Positions 22,954-32,220 of a stretch of 64,000 nt of DNA are shown in pieces (positions within the stretch are counted from its first letter, which is position 1; each line of letters begins with the position of its first letter). The stretch spans positions 64,001-128,000 of the forward strand of contig OZ244160.1 in the NCBI GenBank assembly GCA_965216325.1, given 5' to 3'. The DNA is from Coraliomargarita sp. Lineage in GTDB: Bacteria; Verrucomicrobiota; Verrucomicrobiia; Opitutales; Coraliomargaritaceae. The notes below the pieces were generated by a model that did not search any database, was not told where the DNA came from, and worked only from the letters and a program-made list of their open reading frames with translations. The position numbers were made by a program, and so were the translations under genes.

Positions 22954-23787
22954 ATGTCAGAAGAATGGAAAATAGCCGCCTTTTATCACTTTGTCGAACT
23001 GCCTGATCGCGATGAATGGGCAGAGCGTATCGTTGACCATGGCTTGAAGGTCGGGCTGCGCGGCACCATTATTTTCGCGCACGAAGGGGTGAACTCGACC
23101 TGCGCGGGATCTGCAGAGGCGGTGGACTCGACGATTGCCTTGTTAAGGTCGGATCCGCGTCTCGCTGAAATGGAGGTGAAGTATTCTTACACGGATTTTT
23201 GTCCCTTTCCTAAGTTCAAGGTGAAGAAGAAGCCTGAGATTGTGACCTTCCGCCAAGGCGGAGCCGATCCGCGGGCCGAAGTGGGCACCTACTTGGAGCC
23301 GGATGAATGGAACGAGCTCATTGCCGACCCGGAGGTGATTACGATTGATACGCGCAATGACTACGAGGTGAAGTGTGGGCAGTTCAAGGGCGCGACCAAT
23401 CCCACGACGGATGATTTCGTCTCTTTTGCGCAATTCGTTGACGAGCAGCTCAAGGGCAAGGAAGACCAGAAGATTGCGATGTATTGCACTGGGGGCATTC
23501 GTTGTGAGCGCTCGACAGCCTACTTGAAGAGTAAGGGATTTAAGCACGTCTACCACCTTAAAGGGGGCATTTTGCGCTATTTGGAGCTGATGCCGAAGGA
23601 TCAGAGCCTCTGGGAGGGGGACTGTTTTGTTTTCGATTACCGTGTGGCAGTGGATCACGATTTGAAGCCAGCAATGTGGAAAATCGACCCAGAAACCAGC
23701 GATCCGGTGCCCATGGCGGACGATGAAAAAGACGTAATTGCCGAACGCCGCCGCTCTGGAGCGATTTTTCGGAAGCCGTATACCTAA
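22954..23787 (+). CDS. trhO: Rhodanese-domain tRNA uridine(34) hydroxylase TrhO/YceA
   Basis: AFYHF, EGVN, KKPEIV, IDTRNDYE, MYCTGGIRCE, HLKGGILRY, CFVFD. Confidence 0.9.
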   Translation: MSEEWKIAAFYHFVELPDRDEWAERIVDHGLKVGLRGTIIFAHEGVNSTCAGSAEAVDSTIALLRSDPRLAEMEVKYSYTDFCPFPKFKVKKKPEIVTFRQGGADPRAEVGTYLEPDEWNELIADPEVITIDTRNDYEVKCGQFKGATNPTTDDFVSFAQFVDEQLKGKEDQKIAMYCTGGIRCERSTAYLKSKGFKHVYHLKGGILRYLELMPKDQSLWEGDCFVFDYRVAVDHDLKPAMWKIDPETSDPVPMADDEKDVIAERRRSGAIFRKPYT

Positions 23788-23789
23788 AA

Positions 23790-23868
23790 GAAGGCTGAGC
23801 CTTATCTCTGAGGTTGAGAGCGAGATTCAGTTGTCTGACTCAGGTTTCAAACTCAAGTTTCAGCCTTC
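23790..23868. repeat. Degenerate heptamer inverted repeat
   Basis: gaaggctga ... tcaggtt-tcaaact-caagtt-tcagccttc. Confidence 0.5.
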
Positions 23869-23955
23869 AATGGTTTGACAGCTCCGTTAAAATAGAGCGT
23901 AAATTGCAGTTTAACGACAGTTGTCGTATTTTCTGATTACACACCCTATTCATTT

Positions 23956-24693
23956 ATGTTGTTTGCTGATTCCCGCACTCCGCGGCGCGTCTCTCGTCTG
24001 TCGACTACGTCTGGCTTTACTTTGATTGAATTACTCATGGTGATGGTCGTGGTCGCGATCTTATCAGCCATCCTGTTTGGTATTTCTACTGGCGTTAGGA
24101 ATTCGCAGAATAAGGCTCGAGCCAAAGCGGATTTGGCGGTGATCGCTCAAGCACTTGAGCAATTTAAGCTCAAGTATGGAGATTTTCCCTGGCACGATTC
24201 GAATGTGGGTGCTTATCCGTCTTACTCTGGAGATGATCCGGATGTATCGACGGGCGATGAGAATAAGACTAACACGATGCTACTCTATGCCTTGACGGGA
24301 CGCTTAAGTATGGAACGCCAGCCTGATGGTTCGATTGGCGTCGAGCTCATTAGTGATGATCTGGATAATGACGAAGTGATCCGACGTCCTAGTTTCATTG
24401 ATGCATCGAAGTTGAGTGTGGAATATGCAAAGCTTGCCGACGGCGAGGATGACCTGAATCGACCATACCTGATCCTGGATCCTTGGGGACAGCCTTATAA
24501 ATATTGGTATAAGTGGGAGAATACCGAAAATAACTCACCTACTCCAGTGTGGGAAGTCTTTGGCTATCACCTGTTTTCTAAAGGCGATGACCGCCTAGAA
24601 GATACGACCTTTATCAATGCGAACACTGGCGCTATCCAACCTGCTTACAAGGATGCGGAAGAAAACTTGGACAACATTTTTATCGGAGAATAA
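23956..24693 (+). CDS. Prepilin-type (GspG-like) pseudopilin
   Basis: SG|FTLIELLMV, ALEQFK..YG-FP, LDPWGQPY, FSKGDD. Confidence 0.9.
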   Translation: MLFADSRTPRRVSRLSTTSGFTLIELLMVMVVVAILSAILFGISTGVRNSQNKARAKADLAVIAQALEQFKLKYGDFPWHDSNVGAYPSYSGDDPDVSTGDENKTNTMLLYALTGRLSMERQPDGSIGVELISDDLDNDEVIRRPSFIDASKLSVEYAKLADGEDDLNRPYLILDPWGQPYKYWYKWENTENNSPTPVWEVFGYHLFSKGDDRLEDTTFINANTGAIQPAYKDAEENLDNIFIGE

Positions 24694-24697
24694 TTAC

Positions 24698-25300
24698 ATG
24701 CAGAATAAACGTTTGAATAAGGGCTTTACGCTCATCGAATTACTCATGGTGATCGCCGTGATTGGCATTTTGGCTGGGATTCTCGTTCCCTCTATCGGCC
24801 TCGTGCAAGAGCGTGCCAAGATTGCTAAGTCGAAGATGCAGTTGTCCAACTATGTGAATGCAATACAGCTCTTTAAGTCTGAGTATAAGTATTATCCCTT
24901 CGTCACGACTGGCCAAGAGGAATACCGACTTGAAACCCCTGCCAACGCAGCCGATTTTATTGAAACGCTCTCTGGACGTGATCCACTGACAGGTGACCGT
25001 GTGGCTACTGGTGGCAATCGTCGCAAGCAATCCTTCCATACCTTTGGCGAAAGTGAGTTCTTCACCAACCCGGACAGCGACTTGGTCGAGCGTAATCGCA
25101 TAGCCGATGCCTTCAACAATATCAACATCGTGGTCGTCATCGATGAGGATGGGGATGGCTTCGTGGAGCCAAACCCGTCTGGTGCATTTGAGGGCGGAGA
25201 CGTTCCGGTTGGTGGTATCAAGACACCGATCACGATGTATGTAGATGTTGATCCAAATCCGCTGGGGGATGGCAATCCAACCTACGGCTTGTGGGATTAA
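24698..25300 (+). CDS. Prepilin-type pseudopilin
   Basis: KG|FTLIELLMVIAVIGIL, FKSEYKYYP; ATG 24698. Confidence 0.9.
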   Translation: MQNKRLNKGFTLIELLMVIAVIGILAGILVPSIGLVQERAKIAKSKMQLSNYVNAIQLFKSEYKYYPFVTTGQEEYRLETPANAADFIETLSGRDPLTGDRVATGGNRRKQSFHTFGESEFFTNPDSDLVERNRIADAFNNINIVVVIDEDGDGFVEPNPSGAFEGGDVPVGGIKTPITMYVDVDPNPLGDGNPTYGLWD

Positions 25301-25320
25301 TTACCTTGAATTCAAATACG

Positions 25321-25983
25321 ATGAGAAAAACAGCCACTCAGTCTGGTTTTACCATAATCGAGTTATTGGTCGTCATTGCGCTGATACTCGTCGCGTCGTC
25401 TTTAATCTTCATCGGTGGCGGAGGAGGGGATGGTGCGGCCTTGACCGCATCGCAACGTATCGTCTCCGGAGTCGCTAAAGGAGCCCGCTCTCAAGCGATT
25501 CTGAAGAACGCCAAGGCACGCTTGATCATTCACAACGATCCGAGTGAACCGGAGAAGTATCTCCGTTTGTTTGGTATCATTTACGAGAGCACAGACCCAG
25601 CCACGGCTGGTCAGTGGATTGCGGGCACTCAAGGCACCTTGTTGCCGGAAGGCATCTATTTTGATCCTGAGCGCAGCCAAAATGCGTTGAGCAGTAGTTG
25701 GAGTGATGCGCGCAGAACTCAGATCGAGTTTCCTCGTGCAGTTCCGAAGCCTCTGAACTCCGGCACCGAATTTTACCACTACGAGTTCAATAGCAACGGC
25801 ACCATGGCCTCAAACTTCTCGAACTCGGTCTTGGCCATCCGTGCGGGCACATTGAAGCCGGAGGGAGACTCCTACACGATTGATTTTACTGAAGAGGCTA
25901 AAGAGTCTTTGATTTCTGCGCTCATTTTTCGACGCATCGGCACCTCGACTTTGGTCACAGATCCTGCTGCAATTGTAGATTAA
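25321..25983 (+). CDS. Prepilin-type minor pseudopilin (GspH/FimT-like)
   Basis: SG|FTIIELLVV, GARSQAI, LPEGIYF, FNSNG. Confidence 0.85.
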   Translation: MRKTATQSGFTIIELLVVIALILVASSLIFIGGGGGDGAALTASQRIVSGVAKGARSQAILKNAKARLIIHNDPSEPEKYLRLFGIIYESTDPATAGQWIAGTQGTLLPEGIYFDPERSQNALSSSWSDARRTQIEFPRAVPKPLNSGTEFYHYEFNSNGTMASNFSNSVLAIRAGTLKPEGDSYTIDFTEEAKESLISALIFRRIGTSTLVTDPAAIVD

Positions 25984-26006
25984 TTTAACTCACATAAATA
26001 AAGCGT

Positions 26007-26669
26007 ATGTATCATCGAATCTCTTTTTCCACGATGCGGAAACACGCCTTCACCTTGGTTGAAGTCGTCTTAGCGCTGGGTATTTTTCTGGTTACCGTCT
26101 TGGCTCTGGTTGGCTTGCTCGGGCCGACGCTGAAGTCGGTCTCCGATGTTGAGGACTCCGATGAGGTGATCAGTGTCGTCAATACCTTGAACGCATTCCT
26201 GCAAAACTCGCCTGAGATTGCCACTCCAACTACTAGCAAATTTGAGGAAATATACAATTCGGTTTACTTAGACTCTGAAGCTGCTGCCACTGTGTTTGTA
26301 TTTAAGTCGTATGTTAGTGATCCTCCCCCTTCTGGCGATCTTCCTCCTATTGGTATCACTATTGGGTTTGAGGATACGCTACAGGCCTCAGATTTCAACT
26401 TAGCTGCAGGTCAAATTTATCGAGTTGTGCTATCAGCGTCATCGGTGACTCCAGTGACTTTGCGCTCACCAGAACGGAATGGAAGCGGCGTGTATACATT
26501 GAACCAAGCTTACAATGCATACCCTGAAGGTTACTTTGCAATGGAAGCACGGATTTTTTCTCGTGAGCAAGACATGCAGGCAGTCAACGAAAGCATGCCT
26601 ACGGTAGAACTGCAAGATTTGGCTAAGGAGGAACCGATTTTCACCTACAACACTGCGATCGTTCGCTAA
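26007..26669 (+). CDS. Prepilin-type minor pseudopilin (GspI/PilV-like)
   Basis: HA|FTLVEVVLALGIF...LVGLL; start 26007 or 26034. Confidence 0.85.
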   Translation: MYHRISFSTMRKHAFTLVEVVLALGIFLVTVLALVGLLGPTLKSVSDVEDSDEVISVVNTLNAFLQNSPEIATPTTSKFEEIYNSVYLDSEAAATVFVFKSYVSDPPPSGDLPPIGITIGFEDTLQASDFNLAAGQIYRVVLSASSVTPVTLRSPERNGSGVYTLNQAYNAYPEGYFAMEARIFSREQDMQAVNESMPTVELQDLAKEEPIFTYNTAIVR

Positions 26670-26693
26670 CAATGACACTTGAGAATATCGCCA

Positions 26694-27674
26694 ATGATTC
26701 AGACAAAGAAAACATCTGCATTCACGCTTATTGAGGTGATGGTCGCCACCGTCATCATGGTGATCCTTGTGGGGATGGTCATCACGATTACGGGTCGCGT
26801 CTTGGACGTCTGGACTAAATCGTCTGGTAAACTATCGGCGAATGCCGAGGCACGCATCGCGTTGGAGTTGCTGACTCAGGATCTGGAGACGGCGGTTTTC
26901 AGAAACAATGGCCAACAGTGGTTGCGCGTGGATGGTCCGGAAGATACAGCTAATAAGTCGAACTATGAGTCGCAGACAGTTGCGCTGAAATTATTTACCC
27001 CGTCGTTAAATCGGAGTAAGCGGGATTCTAATGATGATCCTATTCCGGGAGATGTTTGTGCGGTAGCCTATCGCTTGGAGTATAAGGAGGCTTATACAGG
27101 GGCTACTGATAAAGTATATGCCTTGTATCGTTCAATTGCACGAGCCGACGACACCTTCAATTATGCCCTAGGTTCTAACTCTCAAGGAACGGATAGCCCG
27201 CAACTAGATTTAGTTAAAGGAGGTGGCGCTGGAAGTGCTGTAAGCATGCCTGCTCGCCCTGCGGAAGGCCAGTTGGCCGGTGACTTTTGGGATGAAAATA
27301 ATATTCTCCAGTCTGGGAATTATCTCGCCTCCAATATTGTTGATTTTCAGGTTTTTATCTACGAGCAGGATCCTGACGATGCGACTCAGGCTAAACTGAT
27401 GAATGCGGACTCAGGCTATAAACTGATTGATGGTCAGGACTACATATATGGAGGGTCGGCAGAGGACACATCTAATCCCGGTTCGACTACGCCATATAAT
27501 ACCGGACGCTTACTCTATGCAGACATCGTGCTCAAGGTCGTTTCCGATGAAGGCTTGGAGATCTTATCGCTGCCTACATTGGCGGGCACAGACTTCGCAG
27601 ATGCGGATGCGGTGATATTGGAGCATGGCCAAACCTTCACTCGTCGCGTATATTTCCCTGCGAGTCCTCTGTAG
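26694..27674 (+). CDS. Prepilin-type minor pseudopilin (GspJ/PilW-like)
   Basis: SA|FTLIEVMVA, EARIALELLTQDLETA, VAYRL, LYRS, LASNIVDFQV. Confidence 0.85.
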   Translation: MIQTKKTSAFTLIEVMVATVIMVILVGMVITITGRVLDVWTKSSGKLSANAEARIALELLTQDLETAVFRNNGQQWLRVDGPEDTANKSNYESQTVALKLFTPSLNRSKRDSNDDPIPGDVCAVAYRLEYKEAYTGATDKVYALYRSIARADDTFNYALGSNSQGTDSPQLDLVKGGGAGSAVSMPARPAEGQLAGDFWDENNILQSGNYLASNIVDFQVFIYEQDPDDATQAKLMNADSGYKLIDGQDYIYGGSAEDTSNPGSTTPYNTGRLLYADIVLKVVSDEGLEILSLPTLAGTDFADADAVILEHGQTFTRRVYFPASPL

Positions 27675-27697
27675 GCGTTTGTCTCGATTTTCTTTCG

Positions 27698-27726
27698 AAG
27701 CCCAGAGTTCATCTCCGGGCTTTTTT
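27698..27726 (+). terminator. Rho-independent terminator after pseudopilin cluster
   Basis: aagcccagag-ttcat-ctccgggctttttt. Confidence 0.75.
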
Positions 27727-28014
27727 GTGGGTCCATCTTCGATTACGGGCCCATTGTCCCGTTCGTTTTTGATTCGGAACTCAGTGAGTTCACTGTCGGA
27801 AGAGCTGCTCTTATATGTAATTGAAGAAGGTTTGTCCTTTTCGATCGGCAAGCTTGGTAGCGCAGGAGCCTCTCTTCGAGTCCGAGCGGGGCTCGCCTCA
27901 GGGGCGAGGACCGGCTCCGCACGAACGTGTGGAACTGTCGTTTACCACGCGGAGGTGCGCACCGAGACGGTGCGAATGGCACTAGCTTAAGAGCATTTAA
28001 GCGAGGTATAGCTT

Positions 28015-28194
28015 GGTAGGGCAGTCTCGCCGAGACTGCCGCCTGTCCGGCGTAGCCTTAGCGAAGACGGGTTCGCTAAGATGACGCGCTCCTCAATATG
28101 TTTAGGATGGCGCATTGGTCCAGCTTAGCAATCCACATTGCTAGGGAATTCCGAATCGTTTGCCGAACGGTCGCCTCGGCGAAGCGACCCTACC
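28015..28194. repeat. GTAG-type REP-like inverted pair, family B, with nested palindrome
   Basis: ggtagggcagtctcgccgagactgccg ... cggtcgcctcggcgaagcgaccctacc; internal gtccggcgtagccttagcgaagacgg. Confidence 0.75.
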
Positions 28195-28369
28195 TTAAAG
28201 AAGCCGCAAGCAACTCAAGCTCACCTTAAGGTTTAAGGTAGTGACATTCGAGACGGTGCTACGCTCCCCAGTCAAACCTTCTTTAAAATGGTATTCGCTC
28301 GTTACAGGTCAGTTCTACGGGGAGTTGAAGTAATGCCTGCTGAAGCCTGCAATCGGCTAATGGATATCT

Positions 28370-28445
28370 GTAGGGGCGCGACTTGACGCGCCCGCACGTT
28401 TGAGCTGCTTAGCCGCATGGCGGGCGCGTCAAGTCGCGCCCCCTA
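28370..28445. repeat. GTAG-type REP-like inverted pair, family A copy 2
   Basis: gtaggggcgcgacttgacgcgcccgc...gcgggcgcgtcaagtcgcgcccc; matches 7216-7293. Confidence 0.9.
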
Positions 28446-28449
28446 AGAT

Positions 28450-30579
28450 TTACTGTCCCTGTGCTTTGCGCATTGCACGCTCGGCGTCGTCCATGCGTTG
28501 TAGCTTCTGATAGGCCAACGATAGATTATACCATGCGCGGTAGAAGTCGGGTGCCAGCGCCACGGTTTCTTCCAGATAGCCGACCGCCGTATCTAAGTCG
28601 TTCTCTTCAGCCGCGAGCAGACCGAGCGAGTAGGGGAACATTGGGTTGGTGCCGTCGAGTGCCCAGCCGGACTTCAAATAGCGCTCCGCATCGCTATTTA
28701 GACCAGCGGTGCTCAGCAGGATTGCGCACTGGCGATAGATCTCGCTGTTTTTACTATCGTAGAGCACCGCACGAGCGACATACTTATGCAGGTCGGCGGG
28801 GCGGCCTTCCTTACTGGCACGCATGGCGAGAATCATCAGGCTTTGCGGGCGATCGATGTTAAATTGCAGGTAATCTTCCCACTCTTTGGATGCTAGCGGT
28901 GCGTCGATTTCGTGCCCGAGACTTTCCATGCCCAGTGCAGCTGCAATACGCACGGACCCTAATTGGTCGCTGAGTCGATCCTTGAGTATCGGGCTGGCTT
29001 CGTTCACGCCAGCGAGTGCGTTGACAGCGTTGGCACGAACGATCGATGTTTCATGCTCGGTCATTTGGGTGATCCATGCCAGTGCTTCCTCATTGGGCAG
29101 GTAGTTGGCCATGAGTGCGGTGTAGGTCGCGATCCATGCGGGAATGTCTTCTTTCTTTGCAAGGTCGAGTAGTTGTTCAAGACCTTCGGGCTCATACGCG
29201 TGAGCCGCAGCCAGTGCACGTGCACGTGCTCGTTGAGGACTTGAGGCTAGTTTGTCGCCATACCATTTTTCAGACCATTCAACGGCCCATTCGAGGCTCT
29301 CTTCGGTATGGCACTTACTGCAAGCATTCGGAATGCCAAGCTCTTGGGTCATCAATGGATCGGGATGGTGGAAGCCATGATCCGCACGCGGATCGATTTC
29401 CATATACTTGGTCTTGGGCATATGGCATTCGACGCAACGGTTGCCAGTGCTGCCTTCCGCGTGAAAACTATGCTCAGTAGGGATGATGATCGGTGCTTCG
29501 TCGGCTCCTGACTCATGGCATTTCATGCAGAGCATATTGTTTTCGACCGGAAGCACATTCTCCAGAGTGTGTGGATTGTGGCAATCCATGCATTGCACGC
29601 CCTTATGGTGCATGCGACTCATGTGGAAGGATCCATAGACGAAGACCTCGTCGAGAATCTGTCCGTCGTGATAGTAGAGTCCAGGCTGGCTGGGGAGTGC
29701 GAGGTTGAAATGATCGAAATACTCGTCGCCCACTTCAAATGCATCCGGTGTTAATTGGTCGCGGCGAGAGTGGCAGGTCGCACAGTTTTGCATGGCTGCC
29801 TGCTCGGAGAGCCGTTCCACGATGCCATCTTCAGGACGGCCCGCTTTGGCTGCTTTAACGTGTTGCTCCAAGTTGCCATGACACTCTGCACAGGCGATGC
29901 CCTGCTGTACCCATGTGGAGTGATAGCTGTTCGACTCGAAGTCATAGCCCTTGGAATACTCAGTCGTATGGCAATAGGCACAATTTGAATTCCAATTCAT
30001 GCCTTGTCCGGCCCAGTGGCCCCATTCGCCGGGCATACGATTCTGGCCTTGGTAGACGTCGAACCATTCGTCGTTGATCACATCATAGGATGCACTGATG
30101 GTCTGGAATTTCTTTCCGGGCGTCATTGCCAGATACTGGCGCAGCGGTGTGTAGGCGATGACGCCGACCAGGTCGTAGGTTTGCGTGACTTGCTCCGTTT
30201 CCTTATCGAGCACGCGGAGCAGGAATTTTTCGCCCTCGAGTGCCATCTCGTAGATGACCCCGGATTCCTCAATTCGACGTGTTGGCGTGAAGGCTGCACG
30301 GTCTTGCTCTAGGGAAACCGGGCGGTTGGCCTTGGCGTGGTGGCTCTTTTTCCAGTCTTCGACCGCGTCTTCGTGGCATTCGACGCAGGCATCCGGGCCG
30401 ATTTTGAGCTGGCGTTGAAGGTTGTGCGAAACCGGGAAGGGGACGTCCGCGACACCCGGGCTGCGCTGGCTAGCTTCATAGCCGGCATCGTTCTCTTTGC
30501 CACAGCCTGTGAGGAGTGTGAGAAGGCTCAGACAGAGTGCCAAATAGGTGTGTGTGCTGCGAGGGGCAGAATCAATCAT
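28450..30579 (-). CDS. Octaheme c-type cytochrome lipoprotein with HEAT/TPR C-terminus
   Basis: Lipobox LTGC; eight CxxCH (CVECH, CAYCH, CAECH, CATCH, CMDCH, CMKCH, CVECH, CSKCH); YSLGLL and WYNLSLAY TPRs. Confidence 0.92.
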   Translation of the reverse strand: MIDSAPRSTHTYLALCLSLLTLLTGCGKENDAGYEASQRSPGVADVPFPVSHNLQRQLKIGPDACVECHEDAVEDWKKSHHAKANRPVSLEQDRAAFTPTRRIEESGVIYEMALEGEKFLLRVLDKETEQVTQTYDLVGVIAYTPLRQYLAMTPGKKFQTISASYDVINDEWFDVYQGQNRMPGEWGHWAGQGMNWNSNCAYCHTTEYSKGYDFESNSYHSTWVQQGIACAECHGNLEQHVKAAKAGRPEDGIVERLSEQAAMQNCATCHSRRDQLTPDAFEVGDEYFDHFNLALPSQPGLYYHDGQILDEVFVYGSFHMSRMHHKGVQCMDCHNPHTLENVLPVENNMLCMKCHESGADEAPIIIPTEHSFHAEGSTGNRCVECHMPKTKYMEIDPRADHGFHHPDPLMTQELGIPNACSKCHTEESLEWAVEWSEKWYGDKLASSPQRARARALAAAHAYEPEGLEQLLDLAKKEDIPAWIATYTALMANYLPNEEALAWITQMTEHETSIVRANAVNALAGVNEASPILKDRLSDQLGSVRIAAALGMESLGHEIDAPLASKEWEDYLQFNIDRPQSLMILAMRASKEGRPADLHKYVARAVLYDSKNSEIYRQCAILLSTAGLNSDAERYLKSGWALDGTNPMFPYSLGLLAAEENDLDTAVGYLEETVALAPDFYRAWYNLSLAYQKLQRMDDAERAMRKAQGQ

Positions 30580-30684
30580 GCGGGTATCTTTGCAGATGCT
30601 AAATTTGCGTCAAGGTTCATGGATGGGTAGAAAAGGCTTAGCAAAGGCTTGATCGCGGGCTGCAGGTTGCAATGCTAACGCCCA

Positions 30685-32160
30685 ATGTTCAAAAAGCTGT
30701 TTTGGGTGCTGTTCGGCATGTTGGCCGGTGTCGCACTGCTACCATACCTCTTGATACCCCAGCCACCCATGCCACAGGGCACCAACCTGAGCAGTGGGAG
30801 CTATGGCTATCAGCAGGCGAAATTACTGATTGATCGGACCTATCAGGCGGATGTAGCCGAAGCGATTCAGACACGGCATGAGGTTTTTGATGCCATTCTG
30901 AGTGAAATTCAGCGCGCGGATGAATTCATTATAGTCGACTTCTTTTTGTGGAATCCGTGGCTCGGCGGTCTTGAGCAAGATGAGCGTATGCGCAACTTAT
31001 CGGGCGAATTAGCTCAGGCACTGATTGCCAAACGTATCCAGAATCCGGATATACCGATCTTGGTGCTGACCGATCCGATTAATCGAATCTATGGCGACCA
31101 CCTTGCGGAACCATTAAAAGCCCTTGAGGCGGCTGGGCTGCCACTACTGTTTACGGATCTGACCCAGTTGCCGGATTCGAATCGTTTGTATGCCGCGCAG
31201 GTGAATTTCTGGGGCAAGTATTTCAAATTTGGTGAGTCGATGGCGTTGCCCAACCCGTTTGATGGCGAGGGAGACTCGCTTAGTCTCAGTGAATTTGGCC
31301 GTTTATTGTATTTTAAGGCCAACCACCGGAAAGTGCTGATCACCAAGCGGGCGGGGCAGGAGCCGCGTTTGCTGATTGGCAGTCTGAATCCGGCCGATGG
31401 GAGTGCGAACCATTCAAACATCGCTTTATTGGTGGATGGTCCAATTGCGACCTATGCGGCACAATCGGAGCTCGCAATTGCCGAGTGGTCGAGTGCAGGC
31501 GATGCAGCTGCGAAGCGCGTAATTAAAGGGGTTCGTGCACGTTTACCAATTTTGAAGGAAGCTAGTGTGCATGTGGGCAATCAACCCACTGCCGCTTGGC
31601 GTAGTGAGGGGGCCATCCGCGATGAAATTATCCGACAGTTGGCGCGCACGGGAAAAGACAGTCGTATTGATATTGCATTGTTTTATTTGTCCGAACGCAC
31701 AGTTATCGAAGCGATTCGCGCAGCGAGTTCTCGCGGGGCGCGTGTTCGTCTTTTGTTGGATGCGAATCGTGATGCCTTTGGTCGACAGAAGACTGGTGTC
31801 CCGAATCGCCCAGTTGCGGCTGAACTAATTCAGTCTGGTTGCGAGGTGCGTTGGGCGGCGACCCATGGCGAGCAATTTCACTCAAAAGTGCTGCGTATTC
31901 GTGAAGCACGAGGCGATGTGCTCTTCCTGGGCTCCGCCAATTGGACGCGCCGTAATATCGGCAATTACAATCTAGAAGCCAATGTGTTGTTGGAAAATGC
32001 CGGGTCGGCAGGCCTAGAGTTTGATGCCTATTTCGAATCTGTGTGGTCGAATTCCGCGGGTGTAACAGAGAGTCTTTCTTACGAACAATGGGCAGATGAG
32101 GGCGCGCTCAAAAAGTGGCGCTATCGTTTTCAGGAGTGGTCGGGACTGTCTACCTTCTAG
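30685..32160 (+). CDS. Phospholipase D superfamily protein
   Basis: N-terminal TM; NHRK...GSLNP and FHSK...GSANWT-RN motifs. Confidence 0.88.
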   Translation: MFKKLFWVLFGMLAGVALLPYLLIPQPPMPQGTNLSSGSYGYQQAKLLIDRTYQADVAEAIQTRHEVFDAILSEIQRADEFIIVDFFLWNPWLGGLEQDERMRNLSGELAQALIAKRIQNPDIPILVLTDPINRIYGDHLAEPLKALEAAGLPLLFTDLTQLPDSNRLYAAQVNFWGKYFKFGESMALPNPFDGEGDSLSLSEFGRLLYFKANHRKVLITKRAGQEPRLLIGSLNPADGSANHSNIALLVDGPIATYAAQSELAIAEWSSAGDAAAKRVIKGVRARLPILKEASVHVGNQPTAAWRSEGAIRDEIIRQLARTGKDSRIDIALFYLSERTVIEAIRAASSRGARVRLLLDANRDAFGRQKTGVPNRPVAAELIQSGCEVRWAATHGEQFHSKVLRIREARGDVLFLGSANWTRRNIGNYNLEANVLLENAGSAGLEFDAYFESVWSNSAGVTESLSYEQWADEGALKKWRYRFQEWSGLSTF

Positions 32161-32164
32161 GGTT

Positions 32165-32220
32165 GAACAGGCATCTTGCCTGTTTTCGCTGATAGTGCGC
32201 AGGCGGGACGCCTACGCTAC
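32165..32220. repeat. REP-like inverted pair between convergent PLD and ispD genes
   Basis: aacaggcatcttgcctgtt ... gcaggcgggacgcctacgctac; related half-unit at 40685-40711. Confidence 0.7.

Noticed and set aside
27851..27895. tRNA-like fragments (agcttggtagcgca ... ttcgagtcc)
   Set aside because: No room for an anticodon arm and no acceptor stem; agcttggtag recurs as a repeat start at 28010
27564..27990. Short ORFs in the repeat-rich gap
   Set aside because: Run through a terminator and palindromes; no coding signature
23956..30579. Pilins plus multiheme cytochrome as a nanowire system
   Set aside because: Convergent units separated by a terminator and repeats; the pilins are long pseudopilins, not short e-pilin types
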